Assembly (NCBI RefSeq): GCF_001194135.2
Contig: NC_068997.1
Location: forward strand, 8,885,578 to 8,949,577
Direction of reading: 5' to 3'
Source of the DNA: Octopus bimaculoides
Lineage: Eukaryota
DNA length: 64,000 nt
This document shows, in pieces, positions 50,227 to 62,990 of this stretch; within the stretch, counting starts at the first letter, position 1; every line of letters begins with the position of its first letter. Both the position numbers and the translations under genes were made by a program. The notes under the pieces were generated by a model that worked only from the letters and a program-made list of their open reading frames with translations, made no database searches and had not been told where the DNA came from.

Positions 50227-52299
50227 CTAAAGAGTATAAGCAAACAAAATTGTATCATCAACGGTTTGGTCTTCTCAAAGTTTTATTTTCGCATGTGTGT
50301 ATGTTTTGTAAAGGTCACACGAAACCAAGAGCACGTTAATAACAAAATCCCGCATTTTATAATCATGCAAAAGTTCTTTCAGAGAGACATAGTTAGCAAT
50401 ATATAAATAAATAACACAAAAGTTACGATTGCAAAAATTTCCAAAAGGCAAATTAAAAAATAACTTGGTAGACTATGTAAAGGAGAATTACAAAAGTTCT
50501 TTGGTTACTTAAAAAAGAAAATGATAATAACTGATTTACTGGATTGAATTAGCAGGAATTGTTTTATTAAAATCCGTCAAATGCTCTTGAAAATATATAA
50601 GCGTGTTCGAACAAGTCTGTGGTTGTGGTCAAACGATGGTGTGATGATGAGAAGAGCCAGCAAAGAGGAATGTGGTGATCGACATTCAGCAATAAAGAGA
50701 GAAGTGACAATGGTGGCCAAGCACAACTCTTGAGGATCAGCAAAGACATGGAGAGTAGCAGAGAGAGAGACAGAGAGAGAGAGAGAGATAGCCACAGAAA
50801 TGTTTTATATGCACCAACGGCAAGTGAAAAAAAAGAAGGCGTAGGTAGACGTTTACATGCAAAAAAAAAAAAACAAGAAGATCGTTGAATCAGAAACAAA
50901 GTTAAAGCAATGGCTGTTTTGCTGTTCGCTGAAACAATCAGAAGACCTAAATCGGTAGAAAACAGCCCAACAGGAAAATAAAAGAATGTTGAGCATTTTA
51001 CTTTCTCACCGTTTATTTTAAAAATATCTACAAGACGAATGACATGCTTATGGTTGGAAGGCAGAGAGTATAAAGCAGTCTTCCTTAAATTTATGATCAC
51101 GATTGCTGGATAATTATATTAAGCACCAGGAGGTAATTAAGAGTTCATTAAACAAAGTGAAGTGAAGGATTTAACGAGAAAGAAGAAATGTATTTATTTT
51201 TAAAATAGTAATAACCAAAGGGTTGTCGATAACAGAAAAAGGGGGAAAATAATTGGCAATCATTTGTGGAAAATATAGACAGGGTGGGGGTAAAATAAGG
51301 AACATAAGACCTGAAGAGTAGAGAGAGAAATGGTTCATCTTTAGATGAGAAATTCTTGGGAGAGATCGTAGATAAGGCAACAATGTCGATCAGATCTTGC
51401 ACAGTTATTGGGAAGAAAGTAAGAAACATGTAAACAAAGTCCGTTGGAGACATCTGAAAACTTAGAAGAAATACCTTAAAACTCTCTTCTCCAGATGGAA
51501 GGGCAACAGGAGAATGGTTTATAGTAAAGACAGAAAGGAGGAACGATTTAATTTATTTTTCTTTTACGGGTTTTTTAAAAAATGAAATACATGCAAATGT
51601 TATCCGACAACAAATCAAGCGATCGGAGGTCTTATAAAAGTTTTTGTTCGTTCGTTTCTTTTTAAATAATGCCTGCAGTTGTTTGAGAAATAGAAAAGCA
51701 TGTGGCTGGCAATCCTCACAATTAAAATAAAGAGAAAAAGACCTCGAGTGTGGCGAAATTCTATTTTCGAACAAACATGCAAGACGAGATCTGTTTGAAA
51801 TAAAGACGTGGAACATGGCCAGGTCGACATAGTCGAAGCTCCTTTCTAGTAAAAGCAAAGCAGCCAGCAATAGCAGTCTTCGCAGTTGCCCTTCCATTAT
51901 TTTACCTTCTGAAAACAAGTCTCCCGATTTCAGAAGCAACCTTCAAGAAAACCAGAAAGAAAAGAAACTTTGACTACCTACCTATAGAAGGAAAGGATTC
52001 TTGGAAGCAACTTGGTAAACATGTAGACATCCATAAGATTGTTTGGTTGCAAGGTGCTGGCAACGAGAAGGAAAACAACAGCAGGACCAGGGGGTGATAC
52101 TTTAAATATCCCTTATATCTATCTCCTCGCACTCAAACTCTCGTTTGTCTTTTAATCGAAGACGACTAAGAAGTAATATTCTATTAGTTTCTGTCTCTTT
52201 CTTTCTCTCTCTCTCTGTTCCAACAGAAACAGCAGAGTAATAGTGGCGACGGTAAATTGTTCCTGTTGGTGCTGCTTACATATTCATGAAGCAGTCATG

Positions 52300-52700
52300 C
52301 TAGCCAACGGAGCATCTCACTCAAGCATCTACTCATTCTGTCCGACTGTCTGTCTGCCTGCCTGAGTTTCGGTCGGTAGGTAAAGGGGAGTAGTAGCAGC
52401 AGCTACTGTCACACTCTCATTATAGCTTTTACTCTTTCTTTCTTTCCCTCACTCGTTTACTCTCTATATCTTCTATCACTCAGCGTCGCCGATAAAAAGC
52501 TGCCACTCTCTCTCTCTCGCTTTATATCGTTCTCTCTCTTGTTTATATCTTCTCTCTCTCTCATTCCCACCCTTCCTCACGCTGTCTCGCTTTCTTTCTC
52601 TTCCCCCACTCAACGTCGTCAGTGATATAGAGCTGCTAAATAACCCAACTTTTCCACAATCGTCTAATGACTGCCATGTTGGTGTGGTGTCAGTACAAGA
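52300..52700. promoter_or_regulatory. Putative promoter/TSS region (GAGA/CT-rich, CpG-enriched)
   Basis: (CT)n tracts, clustered CpG (cagcgtcgccga, caacgtcgtcagt) and Inr-like TCAGT/TCATT in otherwise CpG-poor DNA; upstream of the zinc-finger gene. Confidence 0.35.
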
Positions 52701-55700
52701 AGCAGCAGCAGCAACACTTGATGATGGGGGGAAGATAGTAATCCGAGTGGAAGGCCCTAATCCATTGCTGAGCTCGTTTTTAACATCTACTTTCTTTCAT
52801 TATAAAACTCAAATCGTTCTTTTAAAGCCAAGTAGTTCGCTTTTTGCAGTATTTTCCTACAATTGTTTAACATATTTTCATCTCTTTCCCTGTACTCAAA
52901 ATATTCCATCAGGGAAGTGCCTTCATGCTCTTTCAGAAACAATTCCTTGTTTCATGATAAATCAAATACTTAATTAACAGTCAATTAAAATAAAACATTT
53001 TCAATATGTTACAGAAATCTTCTCATTTTTTTTCTTCTTTTACTTTATATATTTTTTTCTCCAATTTTGTCACAATGTCTCATTCTTCTAGATTATTAAA
53101 GTCCTGAATGAACATTATTAACTGGAGAAAGCGGCCGATTTTAATTGTTGCCAATAAATTTGTCTTTTGTTCGTTTTCTTTGAGATAAAATTGATTTCAT
53201 TGTAGACTTGCAATCCAGATGAATCACTCGAGAAGAATGAAAACGATTTCTTTAATTCTTTTAATTGGGAAGTAGTGCCATCATAAAGGTTTCTTTAAAA
53301 TAATACTAATATATATATAATCACAATGTTTCTAATGTGGCCAACAATAGCCAATCTTCTTCGATTTGGTCAACTGGATTTTCAGCAGGAATTGCTGGAA
53401 ATCGCCGTTATGTCCATTTAATAATCCACACAAAAGACTTCTACTATATTTTTACAGTGCTTCGCCCAACAATGAATTGTACTTGTGGGAAATTTCATTG
53501 GCTGCATGTAGTAGTTAAAAAGCTGACTGACATGTCTTAAAATAAAAGCCAGAAAGTAAGCGGTGGGCTTTGAAAGAATTCTGCTGCTGTTATTCGTGAG
53601 ATCTTGATAGCACGTTGGATAGAAAGCTGATGTTCATTTTTCAGATTCTAGTTGAATTAGATGGGATTTTTTCCCCCATTTTCTTGATTAATATTTTATT
53701 GTAATTATTAATTAGAAAATGATTTTTGACATTCTCTGTTCTGTTGTTTTGTAGAAATGAGAGGTTCGAGCAATGAATTGGTTGTTGATATTTTGTTCTT
53801 CGTCAGAGATGTTTGTATGAAACTGGTGAAATTATTAGCAATGTGTGGGGCGTATGTAGTTAACATTAGTCAGCTCTAGATATGGGGAGAGAGAGAGAGA
53901 GAAACACAGTTATGAGTGTGCTGTGTGAATTTCACAGCAGGTGACTCGAAATAAGTACGCGAGAGCTGACGAGAACTAAAGCAGCAGATCAATGAAATAA
54001 TAAACAACGGTGATGCTGACATCATGCTTTTCTGGGTAGACATTAACTTTTGTTAATCTGCCTACTAGTAAAGAAAGCTTCGTTGGCTTCTTAATCATGG
54101 TTAGGACATGATGCAGTTCTCGAATTAAACCATGTGGTTGATAGCTTTGCCTTTCAAATATGTATGGAGTCGACGGTTTTCCTCAAAGTTAAATATATTT
54201 TTCTATATTGCTAACTATAGGAAGTGACATATATATTAATATTTAAGATAGATGTATGGCTCGCTGGTTTGTAGCCATGTAACTTTGAGAAACCATTAAC
54301 AATAGTTCAGTGTTAATTCAAAATACACTGATTTGGTTTATAACTAGGGGGAAATGGCATTTCAATTTATTGCTGACAAATACTTTCTATTAATTCGAAA
54401 TAACAGTAAAACTTTGACCATCAATAGCATGATATAATTAATTCGTTATAATTGTTAATCGCAATTTCAATGTGTTCCTTCTAATACAACACAACTATTG
54501 CAACCCAAACTCATCTCTCTCTCTCTCTCTGTGCTACCTGCGAAATGCTTCTATTTATCTTTTCAAATAAAATGTGAAAATGGAGAAGGAGTAACGAGTG
54601 ATAAAAAGTGTCGTGGTCCAATCCTAGCTGGTATGTCTTAGTCATCAGCATAAAAGGAACCTGCTAACATCAACATTTGGAATCAGGTTTAAATGGCTTG
54701 CTTGATTCATCTGAAAAAATTGTATTGTGCGTGTGTGAAAATAATTTGTCTTACGCTTTTAACCATATCGAAAATATATTGAAAAATTTAAAAAGTTACT
54801 ACCGAAGTGTCTTATGCTTAAAATGTTTTAAATTGACCGCATAGTTTCTAATAGATGTGTATCCCTAATTATTATTTAATTCCGTTTCTCTTATTATAGT
54901 TGTCTTTCCCTTTTCCTCTCTTTCTTTCTATTTTTCTCCTCCCCTTCTCTCTCCCTCTTTTTGACACATTTTTCTTTCTCTCTCATTTACAGGCAATGAA
55001 TTTTACAATTTTTTTTTTTTGCCAATATTCTTGTATGATATGAAATTTCATATCTAATTATTCTGAACCGAATACTATTTGATTCAAAATAACTAGAATA
55101 AATATTAAAATATCGCTTTTTCTTCAAGTAGGCAATTAAATGATTTGAAAATGATTGTACATTCAATTATAAATAATGCAAAGCTGAAATACTAATCATG
55201 TGGATATCGGCAATAATTCTTCTTGATTGTGAGATTTCTCAGAGAAAAATCTTTGGTTACTCTAGATTGAAATTTGTTACGACATATCGTCAAAAAATTA
55301 TTTTTACGACAGCAAACTTCCCCTCTCATATTTTCTGTTCTAATGAAAGATAAATTAATTAAAATATCTACCAATTGTCACATATCCGCTCATATTTACA
55401 TATGGATGGGTCTGAGGCCACAACTTTTAATTTATTGTTCATACATACAAGATGACTTCATCATTTTTGTATTGTGGATGGTCTTACCGTGGATACAATT
55501 CTTTAAACGCAACTCTTCTTTTAAATATGATAAACTTGAAGAATGCTTTATTTTCAACAATAATAAGATTATTAATTAAAAAAGGTTATTTAGTCAATAA
55601 AAACTTTACTTCCTCTTCTTCATTATTGTATCGCTTGATTACCAAAAAATTCCATATTTTTAATTTGATTGTTTTCGAGTGACTTAAGGAGTTAATATTT

Positions 55701-55879
55701 CCCGACTGCAATGTCTTTTATATATTTGGATTTTTAACAGCAATTAGAAAAAGTGAAGGGAAATCATGAGTTAGGAATGTTGCACAAGCAAATCTAAACT
55801 GTCCGTCTCCGGTAATTTTTTTAATGCTACTTTAGCATGTGATCTACCTAAGTTTCCATAGTCTATGCTGTGGAATTAC

Positions 55880-55985
55880 CTAACGTGTGTCAGGGCTTTG
55901 GGTTAGGGATATGGTTCAAAGTTTAGAGTTAGGATAAAGGGTTAGATTTTAGGGTTTAGGTTTAAGGCTACAGTTAGGGTTAGAC
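55880..55985 (+). repeat. Degenerate TTAGGG-like interstitial repeat, probably inside a MITE
   Basis: ggttaggg, tttagggtttaggttt, gttagggttag. Confidence 0.65.
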
Positions 55986-57065
55986 TACACACAAGTGTAA
56001 ATGGTCACATAAACTGCACACTAAAGTGGCACCATTTTTAAAATTTTACAGACAAGTCTGGGGCCAGTGGTTAGTTGATTACATTAACCCCTGTGCTTGA
56101 CTGATACTTTATTTTATCCACCTCCAGAAGAATGAAATGCAAAGTTGACCAGTGAAAGATTGAGATTCAATTCATAAAGGGCTGGAACAAATACCACCAA
56201 GTATTTTGTCTAATCTAATGATACTGCCAATTCACCACTCTTTCTGCTAAAGGCACGACACCTGAAATTTTGGGGGACGGGGTTAACCGATTACATCAAC
56301 CCCAGTACTCAACTGGTACTTATTTTATCGACCCTGAAAGAATGAATGGCAAAGTCAACTTTGGCAGAATTTGAACTCAAAATGTAAAGATGGATAAAAT
56401 GCCACTAAGCATTTTGAAAGACATGCTAACTACTCTGAATAATAATGGCTTCAAATTTTGGCACAAGGCCAGAATTTCTAAGGAGGATGGGGGATTAAGT
56501 CAATTACATCAACACCAATGCTCAACTGGTGTTCATTTTATCAACACTAAAAAGATGAAAGGCAAAGTCACCCTCAGTGGAGTTTGAACAAATAAAAATA
56601 TAAAGAGCATGTTGGACAAAATGCTTAGTGGCATTTTTCCTGCTCTTTAGTGGCCCTGGCAATGATCACGCTCAGATATGCTTCTTTTAACGTTCCACGC
56701 ACGAGCGCTAATCAGGCAGTACTGTCATCAGCCACGTCAGTGAAATAATAATAAGAGTGATGATAATGTATATGGTTGTGATGCATGTGTCTTGTGTACC
56801 CTTATCAGACAGGTAGCCATGATAGGTATATTAGGCTTTGTATATTTGTACCACAGTGTCACTTTGATGGCATGTGCTGCTCTCTCACTCAATAATAATG
56901 ATAATCTTTTTAAGGCCTGAAATTCGGTACTTATTTTATCAACCCTGAAAGGATGAGAGGCAAAATCAACTCCAGTGGAAATCGAACTCATTAGGCAAAG
57001 TCAGACAAACTGCTGCTAAGCATTTTACCCAGCACAGCAATGCTCCTGCCAGCTTACCACACTAG

Positions 57066-57298
57066 TAATAATGATAATAATGATCCTGTCTTCTGGAGGC
57101 ACAAGGCCTCAAATTTGGAGGGAGGGGACTAGTTGATTATATCTACCCCAGTGCATAACTGGTACTTAATTTATTGACCTCAAAAGGATGAAAGGTGAAG
57201 TCGACCTCGGTAGAATTTGAACTCAGAACGTAGCCGCAGACAAAATACCGCTAAGCATTTCATCAGGCGTGCTAACAATTCTGCCAGCTCACCACCTT
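57066..57298 (-). mobile_element. Full-length family-C SINE
   Basis: Head ggtggtgagctggcagaattgttagcac, box B gagttcaaattc, Meta-like core, (ATT)n tail. Confidence 0.88.
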
Positions 57299-57309
57299 TA
57301 ATGAGGATG

Positions 57310-57695
57310 ATAATGATAATGATAATCGACATAGCATGTCCTGGTTACAACAGGATTGAAGAGAAAGAAGAAAGAGCAAACAACTATGATGAATTGAAGA
57401 GGTATATGTACAGGTTGTAGATAATGGAGAAAGGGGATGTGATGCCAATGGTGATTGGCATGATTGGAAGTATCAGTATTCAACTACCAACATAGCTCAA
57501 AAAGATTGAAACAAATGTAAAGATAGAATACCTACAAAAATCATCATTGTTTTTGTCTGCAAGAGTTCTCCACAGGGTTCTTAGTCTGCTGACTGTTTCA
57601 TCTTAGTCCGCTGGCTGTGAACAGATGACACTTTCCATCATACCCAGCAAAGTAAACCTGAGAGCTTTCGTGATAATAATAATAATAATAATAAT
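57310..57695 (+). mobile_element. R4/Dong-like non-LTR retrotransposon 3' end (restriction-like endonuclease) with (AAT)n tail
   Basis: Single frame IIDIACPGYNRIEEKEERANNYDELKRYMYRL*IMEKGDVMPMVIGMIG...EYLQKSSLFLSARVLHRVL, typical of the RLE C-terminus; two stops. Confidence 0.85.
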
Positions 57696-57697
57696 AT

Positions 57698-58335
57698 TTT
57701 TACCCCAGTGTCACTTTGATAGCATGCACTGCTCTCTTACTCAATAATAAATGCCCGGATGCAATACAAGGCAGTGACTCTCATGGTTTCTGATCTTAAT
57801 TGATTGGAAGTGTTATCATGTACATTGTTTTGTCTTGGTATAAAAGATGGGCTACAGCAAATATTCTGCTTAATACCACAGATTTGCTTGTCAGTTGTTG
57901 ACCTTAACCAGTTGAGCATGTCCCTCGGTGGCTAACAATATGTGCATCTCTGATCACGTGCAGAAGTAGTGGGGGAGCATCATAGGCATGTGTTGAGAGT
58001 AATTCTCTGGGCTTTGAATAATTCATCTTTGGAAACATGGGTGTTTTGCTCAACATCCTTAAACAACCCTTATTCAGAGACCTTTTGAGCGGGATGGGCT
58101 ACTCGACCTGAAGAAAATTCTAACTGGGCCCCACCTGTGAGGTCATGCGCTGTTTATCTTGATATGAGATCACCATGTCGTGCACATATAGTTGTGATGC
58201 ATGTGCCTGGTGTACCCTTAATAGACGGGTAGTCATGATGGGTATAATGGGCTTCGTATATTTTACCCCAGTGTCACTTTGATGGCATGCTCTGCTCTCT
58301 CACTCAATAATAATAATAATAATAATAATAATAAT
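57698..58335. mobile_element. ~600-bp non-coding (AAT)n-flanked repeat plus an upstream terminal fragment of the same family
   Basis: ttttaccccagtgtcactttgat(a/g)gcatgc..ctcaataataa occurs at ~57698 and ~58262, and diverged at ~56850. Confidence 0.7.
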
Positions 58336-58339
58336 TTGA

Positions 58340-58994
58340 TACAGAACCTGTATCAAATTTTGCCAAAAGTTTGGTGATACCAACTCAGAAGCCTACACAA
58401 AGTTTTCAAAAAGTTTTCATCATTGTCAACACAATCAAGGAGATCTTGTGCAACTGAAACCCAAGTGTCTTTTTGATCAGCTGAAAGCAGTTTTGGCACA
58501 GACTTAACAAACACAAATCTCATCCCCAAATCCTCAGTGATAATGGACTGAACTGAAGTGTGACTAATCTGCACATTCTCTGATAACTCACAGATGGTGA
58601 TTCAACGATTTCTCCTCACAGCTGCATGCACATCTGCAATATTTTTCTCAGATCTGTTGGTTGTGGATCTCACAGAATGCTCGTCAATATCGACACTTTT
58701 TCTGCCAACTTGGAAATATTTGAACCCCTCTCCATACACTTTCTGCAACCTTGCATAGGCGTCCGAGCAGGTATTGCCATGACAACTTTCTTTGTCACGA
58801 TCAATGTGATGATCACACGCTAAACACCTTCCTTCTAAGCACTGTTGTAAACAGCAGAAGTGAACTGGAATGTTAAAACTTAGTGCACATGCACAGCAGA
58901 GTGCAAGGTCAATCTTTGCCTAGCGGCTTCACTCTGCATGCTTTAGCTTCGTTACTATGGCAATAATCTGGATACTTATTAATCAGACCTCATA
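58340..58994 (-). mobile_element. Mariner transposon 5' remnant (TIR and transposase fragment)
   Basis: TIR TATGAGGTCTGATTAATAAGTATCC at 58994; ITEDLGMRFVFVKSVPKLLSADQK..VAQDLLDCVDNDENFLKT resembles mariner LGMRKVSARWVPKLL. Confidence 0.8.
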
Positions 58995-59301
58995 TACAGC
59001 AGCAGTAGTGATACTGTAATGTTGGTTCATAAACATTGACACAAAACCAGAGACTGAGAGTGAGGTATAGCTGATTAAAGAACTGCTACTTATTTAATGA
59101 ACTCCCCTCCCCTAAGGTTGATTAAATAAGTACAAGTCATCCAGTAAAATTTGAATTCAGAATGTAAAGAGATGAGAGTAAATGCTGCAAACCATTTTCC
59201 CCTCTGTTCTAATAATTCAACTAATTCAGCATTGTCTATGCTTCTAATATGAAGCGTTCCATTAACTTGTGCTGTACTAAACACCTCCTATAAATAGAAC
59301 C

Positions 59302-59338
<37 letters not shown>

Positions 59339-59769
59339 TCCTTCCTTCAAGGCAATATTTTCCTGGATGCATTACATGAAGAAGAAATTTCCTTTGGTCC
59401 TTTTATTATCTAATAGGTTATGCATTCCCACCATGATCTCTGCATACATTAAATTATTTGATCTTGTAATCAAGGCAACATACCTCACATTTTCCTGCAG
59501 TACTGCAACAACACCTGGAAACCTTCCAGTACTTAAAGTCACCTAACTGTTTGATCAGATCTGGCAACCTGTTGCATCTGCAACAGCTAAACAAGTGAAC
59601 AAAACCATCTTCTTAAACATAATTTTTCTTTAGATAATCAAAGTTTTTTTAATAAGGCCCCTAAGTGGTTTTCTAACAGCAATTCAGTTACGAGAACCCT
59701 GTGTAGATCAGTTTCAGGGGGTCATACACAATCATCGACAACAACATTTTCACCTACAACTACAACACA

Positions 59770-59975
59770 ACTTCAATGTGGTTGCTCGACCTGCTAGAAA
59801 TAGTTGCCAAGTCTCCTTCGATTCAACCCTAGAATCTTAAGAAAAGAAAGGATACTCTAGATAATGTTATACTTGATTCACATAATGGAAGGGATGGTTA
59901 TAGCTAGAGAATCTTTGATCATCAGTCAAGATGATCAGAGTTGATATGAGAGGGACAAAACATCAGTAACAACTA
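59770..59975 (+). mobile_element. Short interspersed repeat (family D); reverse-oriented pieces near 15780-15955 and 60800-60900
   Basis: ggttgctcgacctgctagaaatag motif, with its complement ctatttctagcaggtcgagc at ~15925. Confidence 0.55.
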
Positions 59976-60229
59976 CTATCAAAAAAGTGAAGGATCCCTC
60001 CATAAATTGCACAGCCTCCAAATCCCCAATTACAGCTGAAACATTTGAATCCCCTCAGCTCACACCTAGTCAAGAGGATCTTTACCAACTTGGCACAATC
60101 CTGTATTAACAACACACCTGCTTCCACATTTGCTGCTTGCTTAGATTGCAACTCCACACTACACAAGAATTCCCAAATTTACCTTCTCTGCGCCACCAGT
60201 CTCATCACTTACATACCGTTACCACCTAC

Positions 60230-60450
60230 ACAATCTCCTCTGATTGCTTCAAACCCTACAAGATGTCTTGTCCTTATAGAGCCATTTCCATCCTTCTCAA
60301 GCAACTATGTTTTTAAGAGCTAGCTGCTCTCATTACCAAACTCTTTCTCTTTCTTCTTTACATGAATCTATCTAAACCATTGGAAACCTACAACAGTGTG
60401 TCCCATTGCCAGGAAGGGCAAACTCTCTCACCATACAAACCAATTGTTCT
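60230..60450 (+). mobile_element. Decayed CR1/L2/Jockey-type RT N-terminal fragment
   Basis: ILLKQLCF*ELAALITKLF...WK.TTVCPIARKG...YKPI-like pattern across shifted frames. Confidence 0.55.
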
Positions 60451-61342
60451 CACTTCCAAAATCTGGAATGCTATGGAATGTTTTGGAAATGTATATTGGT
60501 AAAGGATGTAAATATTACTGAGAAAATTGAAGAAGAAAAAATAAAGCCCAATACTTTACAAATAGAGTCACTTGTGGTATTTGTTCTACACTGAGTTATA
60601 GACACTCCCTGTTACTCCTGCTGTCAGAAATACAATGAACCAATAATTGGCCAATTGAAAATGTGTAATCATTGACGCTATTGTATATCAAATGTGATAT
60701 AAATAATAAAAAAAGCATATATTCATCCACAAATACCATTTTCAGCTAATTTTTCTGTGGTAACATTATATCCGCATATATATAAACGAAACGAAAGGCT
60801 GTTGTTGTTGTTGTTGTTGCTTATCCCAGATCAACTCTGATAAAGCAGACATTGAAATGTGTTCCAGCAGTGTCCATACAGACTGTATCTGGTATCTAGC
60901 AGAGTATGATTTCATGGAGATTCCACTGCTGATCATCAAATGCATAAAGGTACTCTTATCAGCTCATGAAAGGAAAAGTTTTTATGGATGGATGACTTTT
61001 CTAATACAAACCAGGTTTTAAAAAAAGATAAAGCTACAAAGTAACTATAATGTCAACATATTGACTTCTGTCTATCACGTTCCTTGACATAATTTTCAGA
61101 ATATATTGTAGTCAAAATCAATACTGTACCATGGATATTAATTCATAAATAATGAGAACTGATGTCTAGGCAAAGGGTATTGTTAGGCAAAGTGGTGGCA
61201 GTTAAAAGTTAAAGGCTAGAAATGTAAGTCACTTAACCCTTTCATTACCATATTTCTGCTCTGATATACAACTTTGCTTTAATTAGTTTTTTAAATAATT
61301 AAGAATTTACACAATAATTTTGTCATTATTAAGCAGGTGCTT

Positions 61343-61560
61343 AAAGCAGCAAGCTGGCAGAATCATTAGCATGCGGAGCAAAATGCTTAGCAGTATTTCA
61401 TCCATCTTTACGTTCTGAGTTCAAATTCTGCCGAGGTCAACGTTGCCTTTCACCCTTTTGGGTTTCATAAAATTAGTACCAGTTACGCACTGGGGTTGAT
61501 GTAATCGATTTAATCCTTTCCCCCAAATTTGAGGCCTTGTGCTTCCAGTAGAAAGGATTA
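61343..61560 (+). mobile_element. Family-C SINE with an 18-bp TSD
   Basis: ATTATTAAGCWGGTGCTT at 61325-61342 and 61557-61574. Confidence 0.9.
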
Positions 61561-61820
61561 TTAAGCTGGTGCTTGGAACTTATGGTATTTGGGGCTGGTT
61601 GTGCAAGGGCCTTGCTTTTTTTTAATGTTTACTGTAAGGCCAAAGCAATGGTAGGCCATGGCAAATTTGTTCATTTCTGGTTGCAATGCTGCATAAAGTT
61701 CCTCCAGACAATCCAGGAGGACTTTTCAATCTTAGTAGACTTTGATCTAACACACATGCAACATAACTTGGAACTTATTTTAACATGAAATTTTGATGGA
61801 AGATTTAAATTTAGATCACT

Positions 61821-62051
61821 TTAACCCTTTTGATACCAATCTGGCTGAAACTGGCTCTGGCTCTGTAGTACAAATGTTTTGTTTTCATAAGTTTTGAATT
61901 AAAATCTTCCACCAAACCTTAGTCACAATTTATGTTCCTAACACCAGCTTAATGATAACTAAGTTATTTTACTAAATTCTTTGTTACATTTAAAATTAAT
62001 TGAAAGAAACACAGAGCATCTCAAAATAAAATACAATAACAAAAGGGTTAA
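61821..62051. mobile_element. piggyBac-type MITE nested in an older MITE
   Basis: TTAA-CCCTTTTG...CAAAAGGG-TTAA. Confidence 0.88.
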
Positions 62052-62319
62052 AACAGGAAGTTTGCATCCTAGAACCAAGGGTGGTCTTAGATGAGTTGGT
62101 AGTATTAAAAATTAGCAAAAATGAAGATCTTTACTCAAACAAAGATTTTGTATAAGTCTCTAATTATGAAATATCTCCTCTCAAAATGATAAAAATTAAA
62201 ATACAGGATATGAAAATAAAATGAAAGGATGTAGTTAACTAGTTAACCAAAATGGGGTTTCACCAAAGGATCCCTGCAGTAATGTTACCCAACAGGATGT
62301 GTAGCTCAGAGGTGAGAGA

Positions 62320-62520
62320 GTCTCTCTGAGTTGAGCTGCTACTTTTATGCATTGAGAGGCTACCGCTTCAGTACTAGAGATATATCATTAGAACAATGCA
62401 GGAAAGAATTGCAGAACAGATTCTTCAAACTGAGTCAACTGGGAGGAGACCAACAATGAAATAATTGGATAATATCCACAGCCTCAGTTGGTCACACTTG
62501 GGAATTCCAGCCAGAAAGTT
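62320..62520 (+). mobile_element. RTE-type LINE 3' coding remnant
   Basis: ..RIAEQILQTESTGRRP../LDNIHSLSWSHLGIP resembles the RTE C-terminus. Confidence 0.5.
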
Positions 62521-62765
62521 TACCCCTTTAGCATTTAAACCAGCCATATCAGGTTCAAATATTATAATTGTTTTAAATTCAAACTAGCTAGATATGGCCA
62601 CTCCCACCTACCCTTCAATGTCTTTCTAAAAAGAAACAATCCCATCATTGAAATCTTGAAGCTATGAGATAATGCATGATTGATTCAAAATGATGTGAAT
62701 AAATAAGTATTATGGAGAAAGTTCAGAGAGCTTTTACCTTTGTTGACAACCAAAGGCTTTCTCTC

Positions 62766-62990
62766 ACCAAGTGAAGGGAAGATTGTATGATGCATGTGTA
62801 CGAACAGCAATGCTGCAAGGTAGTGAAGTGTGGGTCATGAATGTGGAGGACATACAAAGGCTGGAGAGGAATGAAACTGGTATACTCTGCTGGCTGTGTG
62901 ATATCAGTGTGCACATGAAACAGATCGCTGGTATATCGAGAGACAAGTTGGGCATAAAAAGAATTAGATGCAATGTGTAAGAGAGGGTTA
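62766..62990 (+). mobile_element. RTE-clade LINE post-RT fragment
   Basis: KGRLYDACVRTAMLQGSEVWVMNVEDIQRLERNETGILCWLCDISVH resembles RTE K..LY...V...MLYGSE.W. Confidence 0.8.

Noticed and set aside
51643-51660. TTTGTTCGTTCG resembling the miR-375 5' end
   Set aside because: Only 12 nt match, within a TTCG repeat, and no hairpin
51553-51939. 128-aa ORF with signal-peptide-like MEGQLRRLLLLAALLLL
   Set aside because: Derived from low-complexity CTG/GCT sequence; downstream part not protein-like; no supporting exons
56710-56735. Minus-strand CTGATGA followed by palindromic CAGTACTG
   Set aside because: No GAAA follows; incomplete hammerhead
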